A stretch of 64,000 nt of DNA, taken from NCBI GenBank assembly GCA_003020985.1, contig PXRM01000025.1, positions 15,830-79,829 on the forward strand, written 5' to 3'. Both the position numbers and the translations under genes were made by a program. The notes beneath the pieces were generated by a model. That model was not told where the DNA came from. It was given only the letters and a program-made list of their open reading frames with translations, and did no database searches. Every line of letters starts with the position of its first letter. The first letter of the stretch is position 1. Positions 10,983 through 21,431 of the stretch are shown here, piece after piece. This DNA comes from Halobacteriales archaeon QS_4_70_19 (lineage in GTDB: Archaea > Halobacteriota > Halobacteria > Halobacteriales > Haloarculaceae).

Positions 10983-11267
10983 TCACGCGGCCGCCTGGAA
11001 GGCGTCGCGGAAGACGTCCGTCTTGTCCTTGACGCTGCGCGCGGCGGCCTCGAGCGCGTCCAGCGGCGCCGTGTTCCCCTCCGTCTTGATGGTGAGGATG
11101 GGGTCGGTCTGGCCGCCGGACTGCTCCGGGTTCATGTCGTACGTGGCGGCGGCGACGCCCTCCGTCTCGAGGAGGGCCTCCTTCAGCACGTTCATGAAGG
11201 TGTGGTCCTCGCCGGCGATCTCGATGGAGAGTTCGGTCTTCTCGTTCCTGATGACGCGCAGGTCCAT
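10983..11267 (-). CDS. rpoL: DNA-directed RNA polymerase subunit L (Rpo11)
   Basis: [33 protein letters not shown]. Confidence 0.95.
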   Translation of the reverse strand: MDLRVIRNEKTELSIEIAGEDHTFMNVLKEALLETEGVAAATYDMNPEQSGGQTDPILTIKTEGNTAPLDALEAAARSVKDKTDVFRDAFQAAA

Positions 11268-11349
11268 GGGCCGGGCTAGCCGACAGCCGGCAATAGACCT
11301 TGCGAAGGGCGCTGCACGCGGGGGAGGGCGCTCTCCGCCGCCGGCCCCG

Positions 11350-11751
11350 TTACAGGTCGGCGCCCGGGTGGACGCTCACGTCGGCGTAGAGCTCCTCCTT
11401 CAGCGCGGCGTGGACGTGGCAGATGTCGTCCGCCAGCTCCTTCAGTTCCTCCTGCTCGTCGTCGCCGAGGTCGGCCTCGACGTGCACGTCGAAGCTGATG
11501 GACTCGAGGTCGTCGTCGTCGTCGATGTCGGCGGAGGCGTCCGTCTGGATCTTGCCGAGGTCGTCGTGGTCGTTGCGCTGGGCTCCGGCCCGGAAGGCGA
11601 AGGTGTAGCAGGATGCGTAGTCCGCGACGAGGACCTCGTTCGGTGAGGGTCCCTCCTCGGTGGTCGCGTCGATACTCAGCTCGAAGTCGCCGACCCGGCT
11701 CAGGGCGTGGAAGCCCGAGTCGTTCGTCGTGGTGGACTCGATGTCTGCCAT
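11350..11751 (-). CDS. OsmC family protein
   Basis: [15 protein letters not shown]...ICHVHAAL two-cysteine OsmC pattern. Confidence 0.85.
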   Translation of the reverse strand: MADIESTTTNDSGFHALSRVGDFELSIDATTEEGPSPNEVLVADYASCYTFAFRAGAQRNDHDDLGKIQTDASADIDDDDDLESISFDVHVEADLGDDEQEELKELADDICHVHAALKEELYADVSVHPGADL

Positions 11752-11821
11752 AGCGGATGTGCCGTCTCCCGACGCGACCGTAAACGTTGCCCCAGAACCC
11801 TCGGCAGCACCGGCCGGAGTG

Positions 11822-11920
11822 CCCCCGACCTCCACAACGGTTTTTCCCCACCGGCAGGCCGCGCGCTGGTCGGCCAAGTCGGTGAGGCCCCGACCTCCAC
11901 AACGGTTTTTCCCCCACCGG
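11822..11920 (+). repeat. ~33-bp direct repeat x2 (CCCCGACCTCCACAACGGTTTTTCCCC(C)ACCGG) in a divergent intergenic region
   Basis: Copies at ~11823-11854 and ~11888-11920. Confidence 0.85.
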
Positions 11921-11934
11921 GGGAGAGAGCCCGT

Positions 11935-12318
11935 ATGGACGAGTCGCCCGAGCGACGAGACGACGCGGCCGACGTCGCTTCCACCGAGGCGACCGACGAG
12001 CGGGGCGATGCGCCCCCGGGGCCGGGCCCGCAGGACCGGACCCCCGATAGCAGCGAGATGCTCAACGCGCCAAAGAGCGCCGGGGAAGGTGGGCACACAC
12101 TGCTGGAGGAGTACGAGCGCGAGAACGCGTCCCCGTGGCGGGGTCGGCTCCGGACGGCCGCGTTCTGGGTCGGGGCGACGGCGGTCGCCGTGGCGGTCAC
12201 GCTCACTGCCGTCGTCTCGCTCCGGCGCAGCGGGCTCTCGGACGGTCTGGCGTTCGTCCTCGGCAGCGTCGGGATGGCCATCGTGGTCGGGTTCGTCTTC
12301 CTGTCGGTCCGCCGGTAG
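11935..12318 (+). CDS. hypothetical membrane protein with two C-terminal transmembrane segments
   Basis: Acidic N-terminus followed by two hydrophobic helices. Confidence 0.65.
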   Translation: MDESPERRDDAADVASTEATDERGDAPPGPGPQDRTPDSSEMLNAPKSAGEGGHTLLEEYERENASPWRGRLRTAAFWVGATAVAVAVTLTAVVSLRRSGLSDGLAFVLGSVGMAIVVGFVFLSVRR

Positions 12319-12396
12319 CGACCGCACGCCGCGGCCCGACATCGCGCGGCCGCGGCTCTCGGTGGGTTTATCCCCGCCTGCGGGCAACGACCAGGT

Positions 12397-13197
12397 ATGA
12401 AATTCAGCGGCTATCCCGAACCCGGGGAGCTCGTCGTCGGTCGGGTCGACGAGATCGAGGACTTCGGCGTGTTCGTCGACCTCGAGGAGTACGAGGACAA
12501 GCGCGGGCTGGTCCACGTCAGCGAGGTCGCCTCCGGCTGGATCAAGAACGTCCGCGACCACGTCGGCGTCGACGAGCGCGTCGTCTGCAAGGTGCTCGAG
12601 ATCGACGAGGACGCCCAGCAGATCGACCTCTCCATCAAGGACGTCAACGACCACCAGCGCTCGGACAAGATCCGGGAGTGGAAGTCCGAGCAGAAGGCCG
12701 AGAAGTGGATGGAGCTGGCCTTCGGCGAGGACATGAGCGACGAGCAGTACAGCTCCGTCGCGAACGCGCTGTTCGCCGAGTTCGGCTCGCTGTACGACGG
12801 CTTCGAGCAGGCCGCCATCCACGGCGAGGAGGCGCTCGGCGCGACGGACCTCGACGACGACGAACTCGCCGCCATCGTCGAGACCGCCCGCGAGAACGTC
12901 TCCGTCCCGTACGTGCAGGTGTCGGGCTACGTCGACCTCCGTGCGCCGGGGCCGGCCGGCGTCGAGGACGTTCGCGAGGCGCTCGACGCGGCCGAGGGCA
13001 ACGGGGAGGTCCCCGACGAGGTCGACCTCGAGGTGACCTACGTCGGCGCGCCCGAGTACCGCATCCGCGTCCAGGCGCCCAACTACAAGACCGCCGAGAC
13101 GGAGCTCGAGACCGCGGCCGACCGGGCCCGCGAGGCCATCGAGGCCGTCGGCGGCAGCGCGGGGTTCCACCGCGAGCGCCGGACGGACGAGGAGTAA
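12397..13197 (+). CDS. eif2a: translation initiation factor 2 alpha subunit
   Basis: S1 domain [31 protein letters not shown] and YVGAPEYRI. Confidence 0.96.
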   Translation: MKFSGYPEPGELVVGRVDEIEDFGVFVDLEEYEDKRGLVHVSEVASGWIKNVRDHVGVDERVVCKVLEIDEDAQQIDLSIKDVNDHQRSDKIREWKSEQKAEKWMELAFGEDMSDEQYSSVANALFAEFGSLYDGFEQAAIHGEEALGATDLDDDELAAIVETARENVSVPYVQVSGYVDLRAPGPAGVEDVREALDAAEGNGEVPDEVDLEVTYVGAPEYRIRVQAPNYKTAETELETAADRAREAIEAVGGSAGFHRERRTDEE

Positions 13198-13259
13198 CGC
13201 GGCTACGATCCGACTCCGACGGAAACCTGGATAGTTCGTACCGAAAACACGGGACTCCC

Positions 13260-13475
13260 ATGAAATCCGACATCCACGTCTGTTCCGACTGGCGAGCGGT
13301 CCACGACCGGCCGGTGTACACGCTGGGTGACGAGTGCCCGGAGTGTGGCGCCGAGGCGGTCAACAGCGCGCCTGCACCCTTCAGCCCGGAGGACAACTAC
13401 GGGGAGTACCGGCGGCGCGCGAAGCGCCGGCGGGGGAAGCTACCGCCCGGAGCGGGCGAGGACAGGGGCGAGTAG
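13260..13475 (+). CDS. nop10: H/ACA RNP protein Nop10
   Basis: VYTLGDECPECG..SAPAPFSPEDNYGEYRRR, directly downstream of eIF2-alpha. Confidence 0.92.
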   Translation: MKSDIHVCSDWRAVHDRPVYTLGDECPECGAEAVNSAPAPFSPEDNYGEYRRRAKRRRGKLPPGAGEDRGE

Positions 13476-13801
13476 CGCTCGCTGGCTTGCTCTCTCCACC
13501 GTGGACACCTTCTCGGTCGGTGATGGCTTCCGACGATCCGCCGCGTACGGGCGCATCCCCGGTCTGGTAGCGGCAGTCCCGTCGCGGCGCCCTCGCAGCC
13601 ACCGGTATCCTGATTGCTTCCGGCGGGGGCGGTGATTACAGTCGTTCGAGGCGAAAGCCGTGGGACGAAGCCGACACGGTGGGGAGCAACCCACCGTGCG
13701 ATCGGCGACACGGACGGACCGCTTGAACACCCCGGCGCGCGCTCGACGTTTCATATGCCGGGCCGACTGTTAACGCTCGTCGTGCGCTCTCCCGTCCTAC
13801 C

Positions 13802-14758
13802 ATGGTCGACCTGGGACTCTCTCTCATCAGCGAGGAGCACGGCCCGAACGAACTCGTCGACGGCGCGCGGCGGGCAGAGGACGCGGGCTTCGAGTTCGCG
13901 CTCGTCTCCGACCACTTCCACCCCTGGCTCGAGGCACAGGGCGAGGCACCGTTCGTCTGGAACACGCTCGGCGGCATCGCCCGCGAGACGGAGGCCCTCC
14001 GGGTCGGCACCGGCGTCACCTGTCCGCTGTTCCGCATCCACCCCGTCAACGTCGCGCAGGCCGCGGCGACGGCGGCGACGATGCACCCCGCGGAGTTCTT
14101 CCTCGGGGTCGGGACCGGCGAGCAGCTCAACGAGCACGTCACCGGCGAACACTGGCCGCCCCACGACCGTCGGCTCGCACGGCTCGAGGAGGCGGTCGAG
14201 ATCATCCGCGGGCTCTGGGAGGGTGAGACCTACAGCCACCACGGCGAGTTCTACACCGTCGAGAACGCGAAGCTGTACACGATCCCCGACGACCCGCCGC
14301 CGATCCACGTCGCCGCCGGCGGCCCGCAGACCGCCGACTTCGCCGCGGAGTTCGGCGACGGCATCGTCTCGACGGCCCCGAAGGCGGGCCTGCTCGACCG
14401 GTTCGCCGAGGGCACTGGCGACGGCGACCGACCGGCGTACGGACAGGTCACCGTCTGCTGGGCGGAGACCGAGGACGAGGCCCGCGAGACCGCCCACGAG
14501 CAGTGGCGCCAGACCGCCCTCCCGGGCGAACTCGGCCAGGCTCTCCCGACCCCGGCCCACTTCGAGCAGGCCTCGGCGTCACTGTCGGTCGACGACGTCG
14601 CGGAGACGGTCACCTGCGGGCCCGACGCCGACGACCACATCGAGATGATCGACGAGTACGTCGAGGCCGGGTACGACTCCGTCTCCGTCCACCAGGTCGG
14701 CGATCTGCCGAACGCCATCGACTTCTACGCGGAGGAGGTCCTGCCCTCGTTCGGGTGA
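13802..14758 (+). CDS. F420-dependent LLM class oxidoreductase
   Basis: SEEHGP, AEDAGF, SDHFHPW, GTGVTCP, GTGEQLNEH. Confidence 0.9.
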   Translation: MVDLGLSLISEEHGPNELVDGARRAEDAGFEFALVSDHFHPWLEAQGEAPFVWNTLGGIARETEALRVGTGVTCPLFRIHPVNVAQAAATAATMHPAEFFLGVGTGEQLNEHVTGEHWPPHDRRLARLEEAVEIIRGLWEGETYSHHGEFYTVENAKLYTIPDDPPPIHVAAGGPQTADFAAEFGDGIVSTAPKAGLLDRFAEGTGDGDRPAYGQVTVCWAETEDEARETAHEQWRQTALPGELGQALPTPAHFEQASASLSVDDVAETVTCGPDADDHIEMIDEYVEAGYDSVSVHQVGDLPNAIDFYAEEVLPSFG

Positions 14759-14759
14759 G

Positions 14760-16246
14760 TCAGTCGGAGCCGAAGTCGAGCTGCTCCAGCCCCTCGACCG
14801 CGGGCGTCTCGAGCGGGGTCCCGTCGACGTCGAACCGGGAGCCGTGGCAGGGGCAGTCCCAGCTCCGCTCGCCGTCGTTCCACTCCACGAGACAGCCCAT
14901 GTGCGAGCAGCCCGCCGAGACGGTGTGGTACTCGCCGTCCTCGCCGCGGTAGGCGGCGACCGATTCGCCCTCGTGCTCGATCACCGTCGCCTCGCCGGGG
15001 TCGAGCGCCAGCGGTCGCTCCGGCGGCCGGTTGAGCAGGTAGTCCTCCAGGTAGTGCTCCATCGAGTGGCGGTTGTGGCTGGCGAACTTCCGCGCGGAGG
15101 CCGTCACCGTGAGCCGCTCGGGGCTGTAGAGGCTCGCCCAGTCGTTCTCGCGTCCGAGGATTCGGTCAGAGAGGAGCCTCCCCGCGACGGTGCCGCCGGT
15201 CATCCCCCAGCCGCCGAACCCGGTAGCGATGTACGTGTGGTCAGCCAGCGGCGACGGTCCCACGAACGGCACCGTGTCGACGGAGGTGAAGTCCTGTGTC
15301 GACCAGCGGTACCGGATGGACTCCACGTCGAGACGGGCGCGGGCCTGTTCGGCCAGCCGCCGGTAGCGGTCGACGGTGGGGCTGCCGTGGCCGGTACGGT
15401 GGTTCTGCCCGCCGACGAGGGCGGTGTTCCCCTCGCCGGGGAGCGGACGCAGGGAGAAGTGCGGGTCGCCCGTCCGGTAGTACATCTCCGACGGGGGCGT
15501 CCCGCCCAGTTCGACCGCGAGCAGGTAGGAGCGCTTCGGTTCCAGTCGGGAGAAGTAGAGCCCGCGGTCGACGATGGGGAAGTGCGTCGCCAGCACCACG
15601 TCGTCGGCGCGGACGGTGCCACGGTCCGTCGTCACGGTGCACGGCTCCCCGTCGTCGACGTCTGTCACCGTCGTCTCCTCGAACAGGTGGGTGTCCGCGC
15701 CCTCGGCCAGCCGCTCGGCGAGCCCCAGCAGGTAGCTGCGCGGGTTGAACACGGCCTGCTCGTCGAAACGGACCCCGGCCTCGCCGTCGTCGGGGAGCGA
15801 CGACGACCCGACGAACGACGCGGGCAGGTCGAGCTGTCGTGCGACGGAGACCTCCTCCCGGACGGTCCCGACGCCGGACTCGCCGTCCGGTCCGACGTAC
15901 GTGACCGCGGGCATCCGTTCGAACCCGCAGTCGGCGTCGAGCGTCCCGACGGTGGCCTCCACGTCGTCGATGGCGGCCTCGTTCGCCGCCGCGTACCGCC
16001 CGGCGTCCTCGACGCCGAAGCTATCGGCGAGGTGGTGGTAGGGGAGTCCGTGGAGCGAGGTGAGCTTCGCCGTCGTGTGGCCGGTCACCCCCGTCACGAT
16101 GCGGTCACGTTCGAGCAGCGCGACCGACTGCCCGGCCTCGGCGAGTTTCGCCGCCGTCGTCAGCCCCGCGATGCCGCCCTCGACGACGGCCGTATCGACC
16201 GAGAGCACCCCGTCGAGCGGCTCACGGGCTCCTCGGAGTCTCGCAT
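14760..16246 (-). pseudogene. FAD-dependent oxidoreductase with C-terminal Rieske domain (YhfW-like), damaged at the N-terminus
   Basis: CSHMGC..WDCPCHGSRF Rieske motif. The ATG at 16246 (MRDSEEPVS) is out of frame with EPLDGVLSVDTA, and the dinucleotide motif reads VVEGGIAG rather than VVGGGIAG. Confidence 0.75.
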
Positions 16247-16366
16247 CTGAACCTCTCAGGAGACGGCAGGCAGGGCAATAAGCGGGTGGCGCGCACTGGA
16301 AAGCCGCTCGGCTCTGCGACCGACCCTGCCGGGGGCGGGGGAGCCGGCCGGCGGAGCCGTTCTCCG

Positions 16367-16624
16367 TCAGTCGCCGGTGGCTTCGACGCTGCCCTCGTGC
16401 CCACCCAGGCGCTGCTCGTCGCGCTGGATGACCCGGCCGCTCACGTACGTCAGGAGCGTGAGCATCAGCAACGGGAACACCGTCAGGAAGTGCATCCAGA
16501 ACACGATCCAGGGGTCCCAGTCCCAGGGGTTGTGGACGAGGAACAGCAGCTCCATCCCGACCAGGATGCCGATGGGGATGAAGTTCACCGTCAGGTCGAG
16601 CAGGGTCTCCGCCGTGAAGTTCAT
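16367..16624 (-). CDS. small haloarchaeal two-TM membrane protein (DUF6684-like)
   Basis: ETLLDLTVNFIPIGIL...NPW..LLTYVSGRVIQRDE. Confidence 0.75.
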   Translation of the reverse strand: MNFTAETLLDLTVNFIPIGILVGMELLFLVHNPWDWDPWIVFWMHFLTVFPLLMLTLLTYVSGRVIQRDEQRLGGHEGSVEATGD

Positions 16625-16722
16625 CGTACGGACGACAGGTAGGCCCGGGGCGTCGATAGTGGCTCTACCTGCATCTGCAGGTTACGGCCCCGAGCGGCTG
16701 CCGCCGGGTCGGGAGTAGTCGC

Positions 16723-17691
16723 CTAACTGCCCAGCATCGCGACGGTCTCGCCGTCCCGCTCCCGCACCTCGACGAGGCCGTCCGCGGCGAGATCGTCGAG
16801 GAGCCCGCGGAGCCACTCTCGCCCGTACTCGCCCTCGGGGATGTAGTCGACCCGGACCCGCGGGCCGAGGGCGTCCAGCGCGAGTTCCCCGTGGTTCGAG
16901 AGCGTCCGGACCACGCGACCGCGCATCTGCCGGCGCGAGCCCTCGAAGCTCGGCTGCTCGGGGACGTCCGGCGCCGTGAAGTCGTTCGTGGCGTAGGCGT
17001 GGCACCACTCCCGCCAGGGGCAGTCCGCGCCGTCGCATTCCGGGGTCTTCCCGCAGGCGACCCCGCCCAGCTCCATGATGGCGTTGTTCCAGACCCGTGA
17101 CTCCCCGTCCGGCATGAGTGCGGGGGCGACGCGCTCGAAGGCGGCGTTCTCGTCCGGGACGTCGAACGCGCGGTGCAGCACGCGCTTGACGTTCGTGTCC
17201 ACCACCGCGTCGCCCTCGTTGAACGCGAACGACGCCACCGCGTTCGCCGTGTACGGGCCGACGCCCATCAGCTCCTGGAGTCCCTCGGGGGTGCGAGGGA
17301 ACTCGCCGGCAGGGACACCCTCGACGGTCCCCTCGACGACCTGCTGGGCGGCCTCGTGGAGGTACTTCGCGCGGTTGTTGTAGCCCAGCGAGTGGGCCGT
17401 CCAGAAGCCGACCACGTCGGCGCGGTCGGCCGCGGCCAGCGCCTCGACGGTGGACCACTCGTCGAGGAAGTCGTGCCACGCCTCGACCACGCGGTCGAGC
17501 TGGGTCTGCTGGCTCATCACCTCCGAGACCAGGACCTCGTAGGGGTCCTCCGTCTCCCGCCACGGGAACGACCGATGGTCGGCCTCGTACCACGCGACGA
17601 GCGCCTCCCGGACCCGCTCGACCGTCTCCAGGTCGTCGGGGAGCGCGGGGGCGTCACCGTCCTCGAGTTCGTCGGCCGCGGCGTCGGTCAT
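16723..17691 (-). CDS. mutY: A/G-specific adenine glycosylase (HhH-GPD)
   Basis: FPWRETEDPYEVLVSEVMSQQT, LGYNNRA, GVGPYTA, VDTNVKRV and a C-terminal Cys cluster. Confidence 0.92.
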   Translation of the reverse strand: MTDAAADELEDGDAPALPDDLETVERVREALVAWYEADHRSFPWRETEDPYEVLVSEVMSQQTQLDRVVEAWHDFLDEWSTVEALAAADRADVVGFWTAHSLGYNNRAKYLHEAAQQVVEGTVEGVPAGEFPRTPEGLQELMGVGPYTANAVASFAFNEGDAVVDTNVKRVLHRAFDVPDENAAFERVAPALMPDGESRVWNNAIMELGGVACGKTPECDGADCPWREWCHAYATNDFTAPDVPEQPSFEGSRRQMRGRVVRTLSNHGELALDALGPRVRVDYIPEGEYGREWLRGLLDDLAADGLVEVRERDGETVAMLGS

Positions 17692-17939
17692 CACCCGGAG
17701 TCCGGGCGGGCGGTACTTTCCGGTGGCGGTTCGGTCGCCGCGACCGTCCGGATTGGGCCCGTCGGCAGTCCGGTCGCGGGCCGCCGCCAGGCTCAACGGA
17801 GCGGCCGTCGAGCCCACGGTATACGCCGGACGGCCGTACTCTGGGTGGTGGGGTCCTCTGTCTCGTCGGGGCCGCCATCGTCGGGCGGTCCGTCGGGTTC
17901 GACGCCGGAGTGGTCCCGACAGTCCTCGGACTGGGGCTG

Positions 17940-18385
17940 GTCGTCGACGACCCGGCCGTGCGCGACCGGGAGGCCGGCGAACAGTCCACCCTCGAGGGCG
18001 GCCAGCCGGGACATCATTATGACGGCACCCCGGAACGCGTTCCAGCGACCGGCGGCGCCGACGACGAGGTCGAAGCCCGTCAGGGTCAGGCCCCACGTGA
18101 CGAGGATGTCGGCGAGGGGTTCCCGGCCACGCTCGCGAAAAAGCCGGTGAGCGGGTTGCCCTCCGGGATCGCGTGGACCAGAAAGCCCGCCGCGGTCCGG
18201 CTGTTCTCCGGGTTCGCGTCGAGGTACGTGGTGAGCTCGGTGAGTCCGCCCTGGAGGAGGACCCAGCCCATCACGACGCGCATCGAAACCAGCGCGTAAC
18301 TGATCCAGTGCTCGGAGTACTCGAACGTCGTGTCACGCCCGAAGATCTCGACGTCGAGCCCGCGGGGGGGGGAGTTAGTTGACAC
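17940..18385 (-). pseudogene. DoxX family membrane protein remnant
   Basis: RVVMGWVLLQGG..AIPEGNPL, a frameshift at ~18115 into LADILVTWGLTLTG..RWNAF..LEGGLFAGLPVAHGRVVDD, then truncation. Confidence 0.75.
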
Positions 18386-18637
18386 ACTAGTCCACCTTGC
18401 GGTTACTGCTACACGGGATACCTATATCGACCGACATCCCGATTCCCGGACGAGAGAATCGATACCTCTGGTGTTGGTGACGGAATTCGGCAACGTAGGG
18501 GACTAATATCTCATTTAGATTTCTTCTGCGCCGAATATTGTGGAAATTCTGTCGCCACACGGGTGGCATGGGGGTGACGCCCGGTACAATCAGATGATAT
18601 CATCAACTAATAAGTCGTGGCAGTCCGGACGGCCGGT

Positions 18638-19303
18638 ATGGCGTTCACGAACGATCTGGAGCCGCTGCACGACGAGGTGGTCGACGGAATCGTGCAGCAT
18701 CCGATGGTCGCGGGGATCGGCGACGGGACCCTCGACCCCGAGCCGTTCCGGCGCTGGGTGAAGCAGGACTACGTCTACCTGGTCGAGTACAACCGCCTGT
18801 TCGCGCTGGGGGCGGCGAAGGCCCCCGACCTGGAGCGCATGGGGACGTTCGCCGAACTGCTCCACGGGACGCTCCACACGGAGATGGACCTCCACCGGTC
18901 GTACGCGGCGGAGTTCGGCATCTCCGAGGCGGGGCTGGAGGCGACCGACCCCTCGCCCACCACGCGGGGCTACACGGACTTCCTCGTCCGGGTCGCCGCG
19001 CTCGGCTCGTTCGGCGACCTCGTGGCGGCGCTGCTCCCGTGCATGTGGGGGTTCAACGAGACGGCCGAGCGGCTCGCCTGCGACGGCCTGCCCGATGAGG
19101 AGCGCTACGCGGAGTGGATCCGCACCTACACCAGCGACGAGTTCGCCGAACTGGCCGACTGGTGCCGGGCCCTGCTGGACGAGGTGGCCGAGGGCGCGCC
19201 CGCGCGGACCCGGGACCGCTACCGCGACCTGTTCCACACCTCCGCGCGCTACGAGTACCGCTTCTGGGACGCGGCGTACCGCGACGAGGGGTGGGGTGTA
19301 TGA
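18638..19303 (+). CDS. tenA: thiaminase II / aminopyrimidine aminohydrolase TenA
   Basis: HPMVAGIGDGTL, QDYVYL, catalytic LLPCMWG, YEYRFWDAAY. Confidence 0.92.
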   Translation: MAFTNDLEPLHDEVVDGIVQHPMVAGIGDGTLDPEPFRRWVKQDYVYLVEYNRLFALGAAKAPDLERMGTFAELLHGTLHTEMDLHRSYAAEFGISEAGLEATDPSPTTRGYTDFLVRVAALGSFGDLVAALLPCMWGFNETAERLACDGLPDEERYAEWIRTYTSDEFAELADWCRALLDEVAEGAPARTRDRYRDLFHTSARYEYRFWDAAYRDEGWGV

Positions 19304-20124
19304 GCGGAGACGCGGAAACTGACGCCGGCGACTCCACTAGCGCCCCCGCGCCGGGCGTCCCGGCTAGCTTCGCAGCGAGCGACCACGACCGGTACACCGA
19401 GTGGCTCCGCGCTCGCACGGGTGCGGACTGGGCCGCAGCCACCGAGCACCGGTTCACCCGCGAGCTGGGCACCGACGACCTCGACGACGCGGTCTTCCGG
19501 CGGTACCTGGTCCAGGACTACGCGTTCGTCGACGCACTCACGTCGCTGGTCGGGCACGCCGCGGGCCACGCCCCGACCGTGGAGGCCCGGGTCGAACTCG
19601 CGGAGTTCCTCGGGACCATCCGGAACGACGAGGACAGCACCGCAGCGGGTCACGCCCGCGAGGACAGCACCGCAGCGGGTCATGCCCGCGAGGACAGCAC
19701 CGCAGCGGGCATTGCCCGCGAGGACGACTACTTCCGGCGCTCGTTCGACGCGCTGGACGTGCCCGAGCGCGACCGGACCGACCCCGCCCTGTGGTCGGAG
19801 ACGCGGGCGTTCGAGGACCTGCTCGGACGCGCGGCGCAGGCGGGCTACGCGGAGGCGCTGGCCGTCCTCGTCCCGGTCGAGTGGGTGTATCTGGTGTGGG
19901 CGACCCGGGCGGCCGAGGGGTCGCGGCCGGAGCGCTTCTACCTCGACGAATGGATCGACCTGCACGCGGTGCCGGCGTTCCGCGCGTTCGTCAACTGGAT
20001 CCGTGAGCAGCTCGACGCCGTCGGTCCGGGCCTGTCGCCGCGCCGCGAGCGCCGCGTCGACCGGCTGTTCCGCCGGGCCGTGGAACTCGAGGTGGCCTTC
20101 TTCGACGCCACGTACCGGGAGTGA
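19300..20124 (+). CDS. TenA family protein lacking the catalytic Cys (TenA_E type), with a 30-aa repeat insertion
   Basis: HRFTRELG, YLVQDYAF, PVEWVYLVW, ELEVAFFD; ATGA overlap with tenA. Confidence 0.88.
   Translation: MSGDAETDAGDSTSAPAPGVPASFAASDHDRYTEWLRARTGADWAAATEHRFTRELGTDDLDDAVFRRYLVQDYAFVDALTSLVGHAAGHAPTVEARVELAEFLGTIRNDEDSTAAGHAREDSTAAGHAREDSTAAGIAREDDYFRRSFDALDVPERDRTDPALWSETRAFEDLLGRAAQAGYAEALAVLVPVEWVYLVWATRAAEGSRPERFYLDEWIDLHAVPAFRAFVNWIREQLDAVGPGLSPRRERRVDRLFRRAVELEVAFFDATYRE
19630..19725 (+). repeat. 30-bp tandem repeat x3 (EDSTAAG[H/I]AR), in frame
   Basis: GAGGACAGCACCGCAGCGGG.. at 19630, 19660 and 19690, then GAGGAC at 19720. Confidence 0.93.
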
Positions 20125-20252
20125 CGCGCCCGCGGCGCGCCCGGCCGACCGCGGCGACCCACCGTCGGTGAGCGGACGACGGCTGCCGGTCCCGGCCGGG
20201 CGCCGTCCCGTCGAGCACAGAGGTAAAGCCCCTCGGCACCGTCGGCGGAGGC

Positions 20253-20588
20253 ATGAGTCTCGACGAGCTGTCCGCGGACATCGAATCGACGTACGGCGAA
20301 CTGGGCGGGTCGCTGCCGGTGTCGCTGGACCGGGAGACGCGCAACGAGCTGGCGCTGCTGGCCGCCGCCTACGAACCGGACGACGTGGACGAACTCGTCC
20401 GCCGGGGCATCCACATGCTGTTCCAGTCGGCCGTCGAGACCGGCAACATCGACTTCCACCTCCGGTCAGCGTACGACGTGACCTACGACGAGTACCTCTC
20501 CGGCATGACCTACGAGGAGATGACCGGCGGGGCGGGCGCCGCGGGCGGGCCGCCGGACCGCGACGATACGCGCCGTTACCAGCAGTAG
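20253..20588 (+). CDS. hypothetical haloarchaeal protein
   Basis: Acidic 111-aa ORF (LDRETRNELALL..DFHLRSAYDVTYDEYLSGMTYEEM). Confidence 0.75.
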   Translation: MSLDELSADIESTYGELGGSLPVSLDRETRNELALLAAAYEPDDVDELVRRGIHMLFQSAVETGNIDFHLRSAYDVTYDEYLSGMTYEEMTGGAGAAGGPPDRDDTRRYQQ

Positions 20589-20615
20589 GCAGCCGGGGAA
20601 AACGTCGTTCCGGGA

Positions 20616-21431
20616 TCAGGCCGCGACCAGTGCGGAGTTCGCGGCGGCGATGAGGTCCTCGACGTCGGCGTCCTCGAGGTCGTCCTGGGCGAGCAGGAGC
20701 CGGAGCCGGGGACGACCGACGTCGATGGGGACCTTCTCCGTGTCGATGAGACCGTTCTCCTCGAGCTTCGTCTTCGTGCGCGAGAACGTCGCCTTCGAGG
20801 CGATGCCGATGTCCTCGCCCCACTTGCTCACGTCGTAGAGCAGTTCGCGGTTCCGCGCGGCGACCAGCAGGCTGATGGTGACCTCGTCCAGACCGTCGCC
20901 GTCGCCACGGGCCGTCTCCAGCGCCGTGAGCACGGCGTCGAAGTCGTCGGCCGAGTCCGCCCCGAGCGACTCCCGGAGCGTCTCGTGGACCCGGGAGATG
21001 GCCGGCGTCCGGAGGTCGTACTCGTCGGCCCGCTCCCAGGTGTCGGCGTACTCGTCGTAGGTCCCGTCGATGAACCCGTCCTCGTCGGTGGCGAGTGCGG
21101 CGACCCGGCCACCGGCGACCACCAGCGCCGCGACCGAGTCCCGCGTCACCAGCAGCGTGTTGTCCCCGTCCTCGTAGGTCCGCAGCTCCAGCCGCCCGGC
21201 CTCGACGAGATCGGCGGCGTTGCTGGCGACGATGAAGTCGTCCATGACCGACTTCAGGACCGACTCGTCGACCAGGAGTCGGATCGTCGGCCCCTCGTCC
21301 GGCGCGAGGATCTCCACGAGTTCCTCCACCGCGTCCGCGGCCGGATTGACCACGTACACTGTCTCGTCGACGTCCGCGAGCGCCTCGGTGAGGACGTCGC
21401 CGATACTGTTCTCGAGTAGGTTCGTATCCAT
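20616..21431 (-). CDS. tbsP: TbsP/DUF5821 family HTH transcriptional regulator
   Basis: DEVTISLLVAARN..LYDVSKWGEDIGIASKATFSRTKTKLE..KVPIDVGRPRLRL. Confidence 0.8.
   Translation of the reverse strand: MDTNLLENSIGDVLTEALADVDETVYVVNPAADAVEELVEILAPDEGPTIRLLVDESVLKSVMDDFIVASNAADLVEAGRLELRTYEDGDNTLLVTRDSVAALVVAGGRVAALATDEDGFIDGTYDEYADTWERADEYDLRTPAISRVHETLRESLGADSADDFDAVLTALETARGDGDGLDEVTISLLVAARNRELLYDVSKWGEDIGIASKATFSRTKTKLEENGLIDTEKVPIDVGRPRLRLLLAQDDLEDADVEDLIAAANSALVAA

Noticed and set aside
19630-19725. Tandem repeats here and at 25299-25378 as CRISPR arrays
   Set aside because: The units are head-to-tail with no unique spacers.
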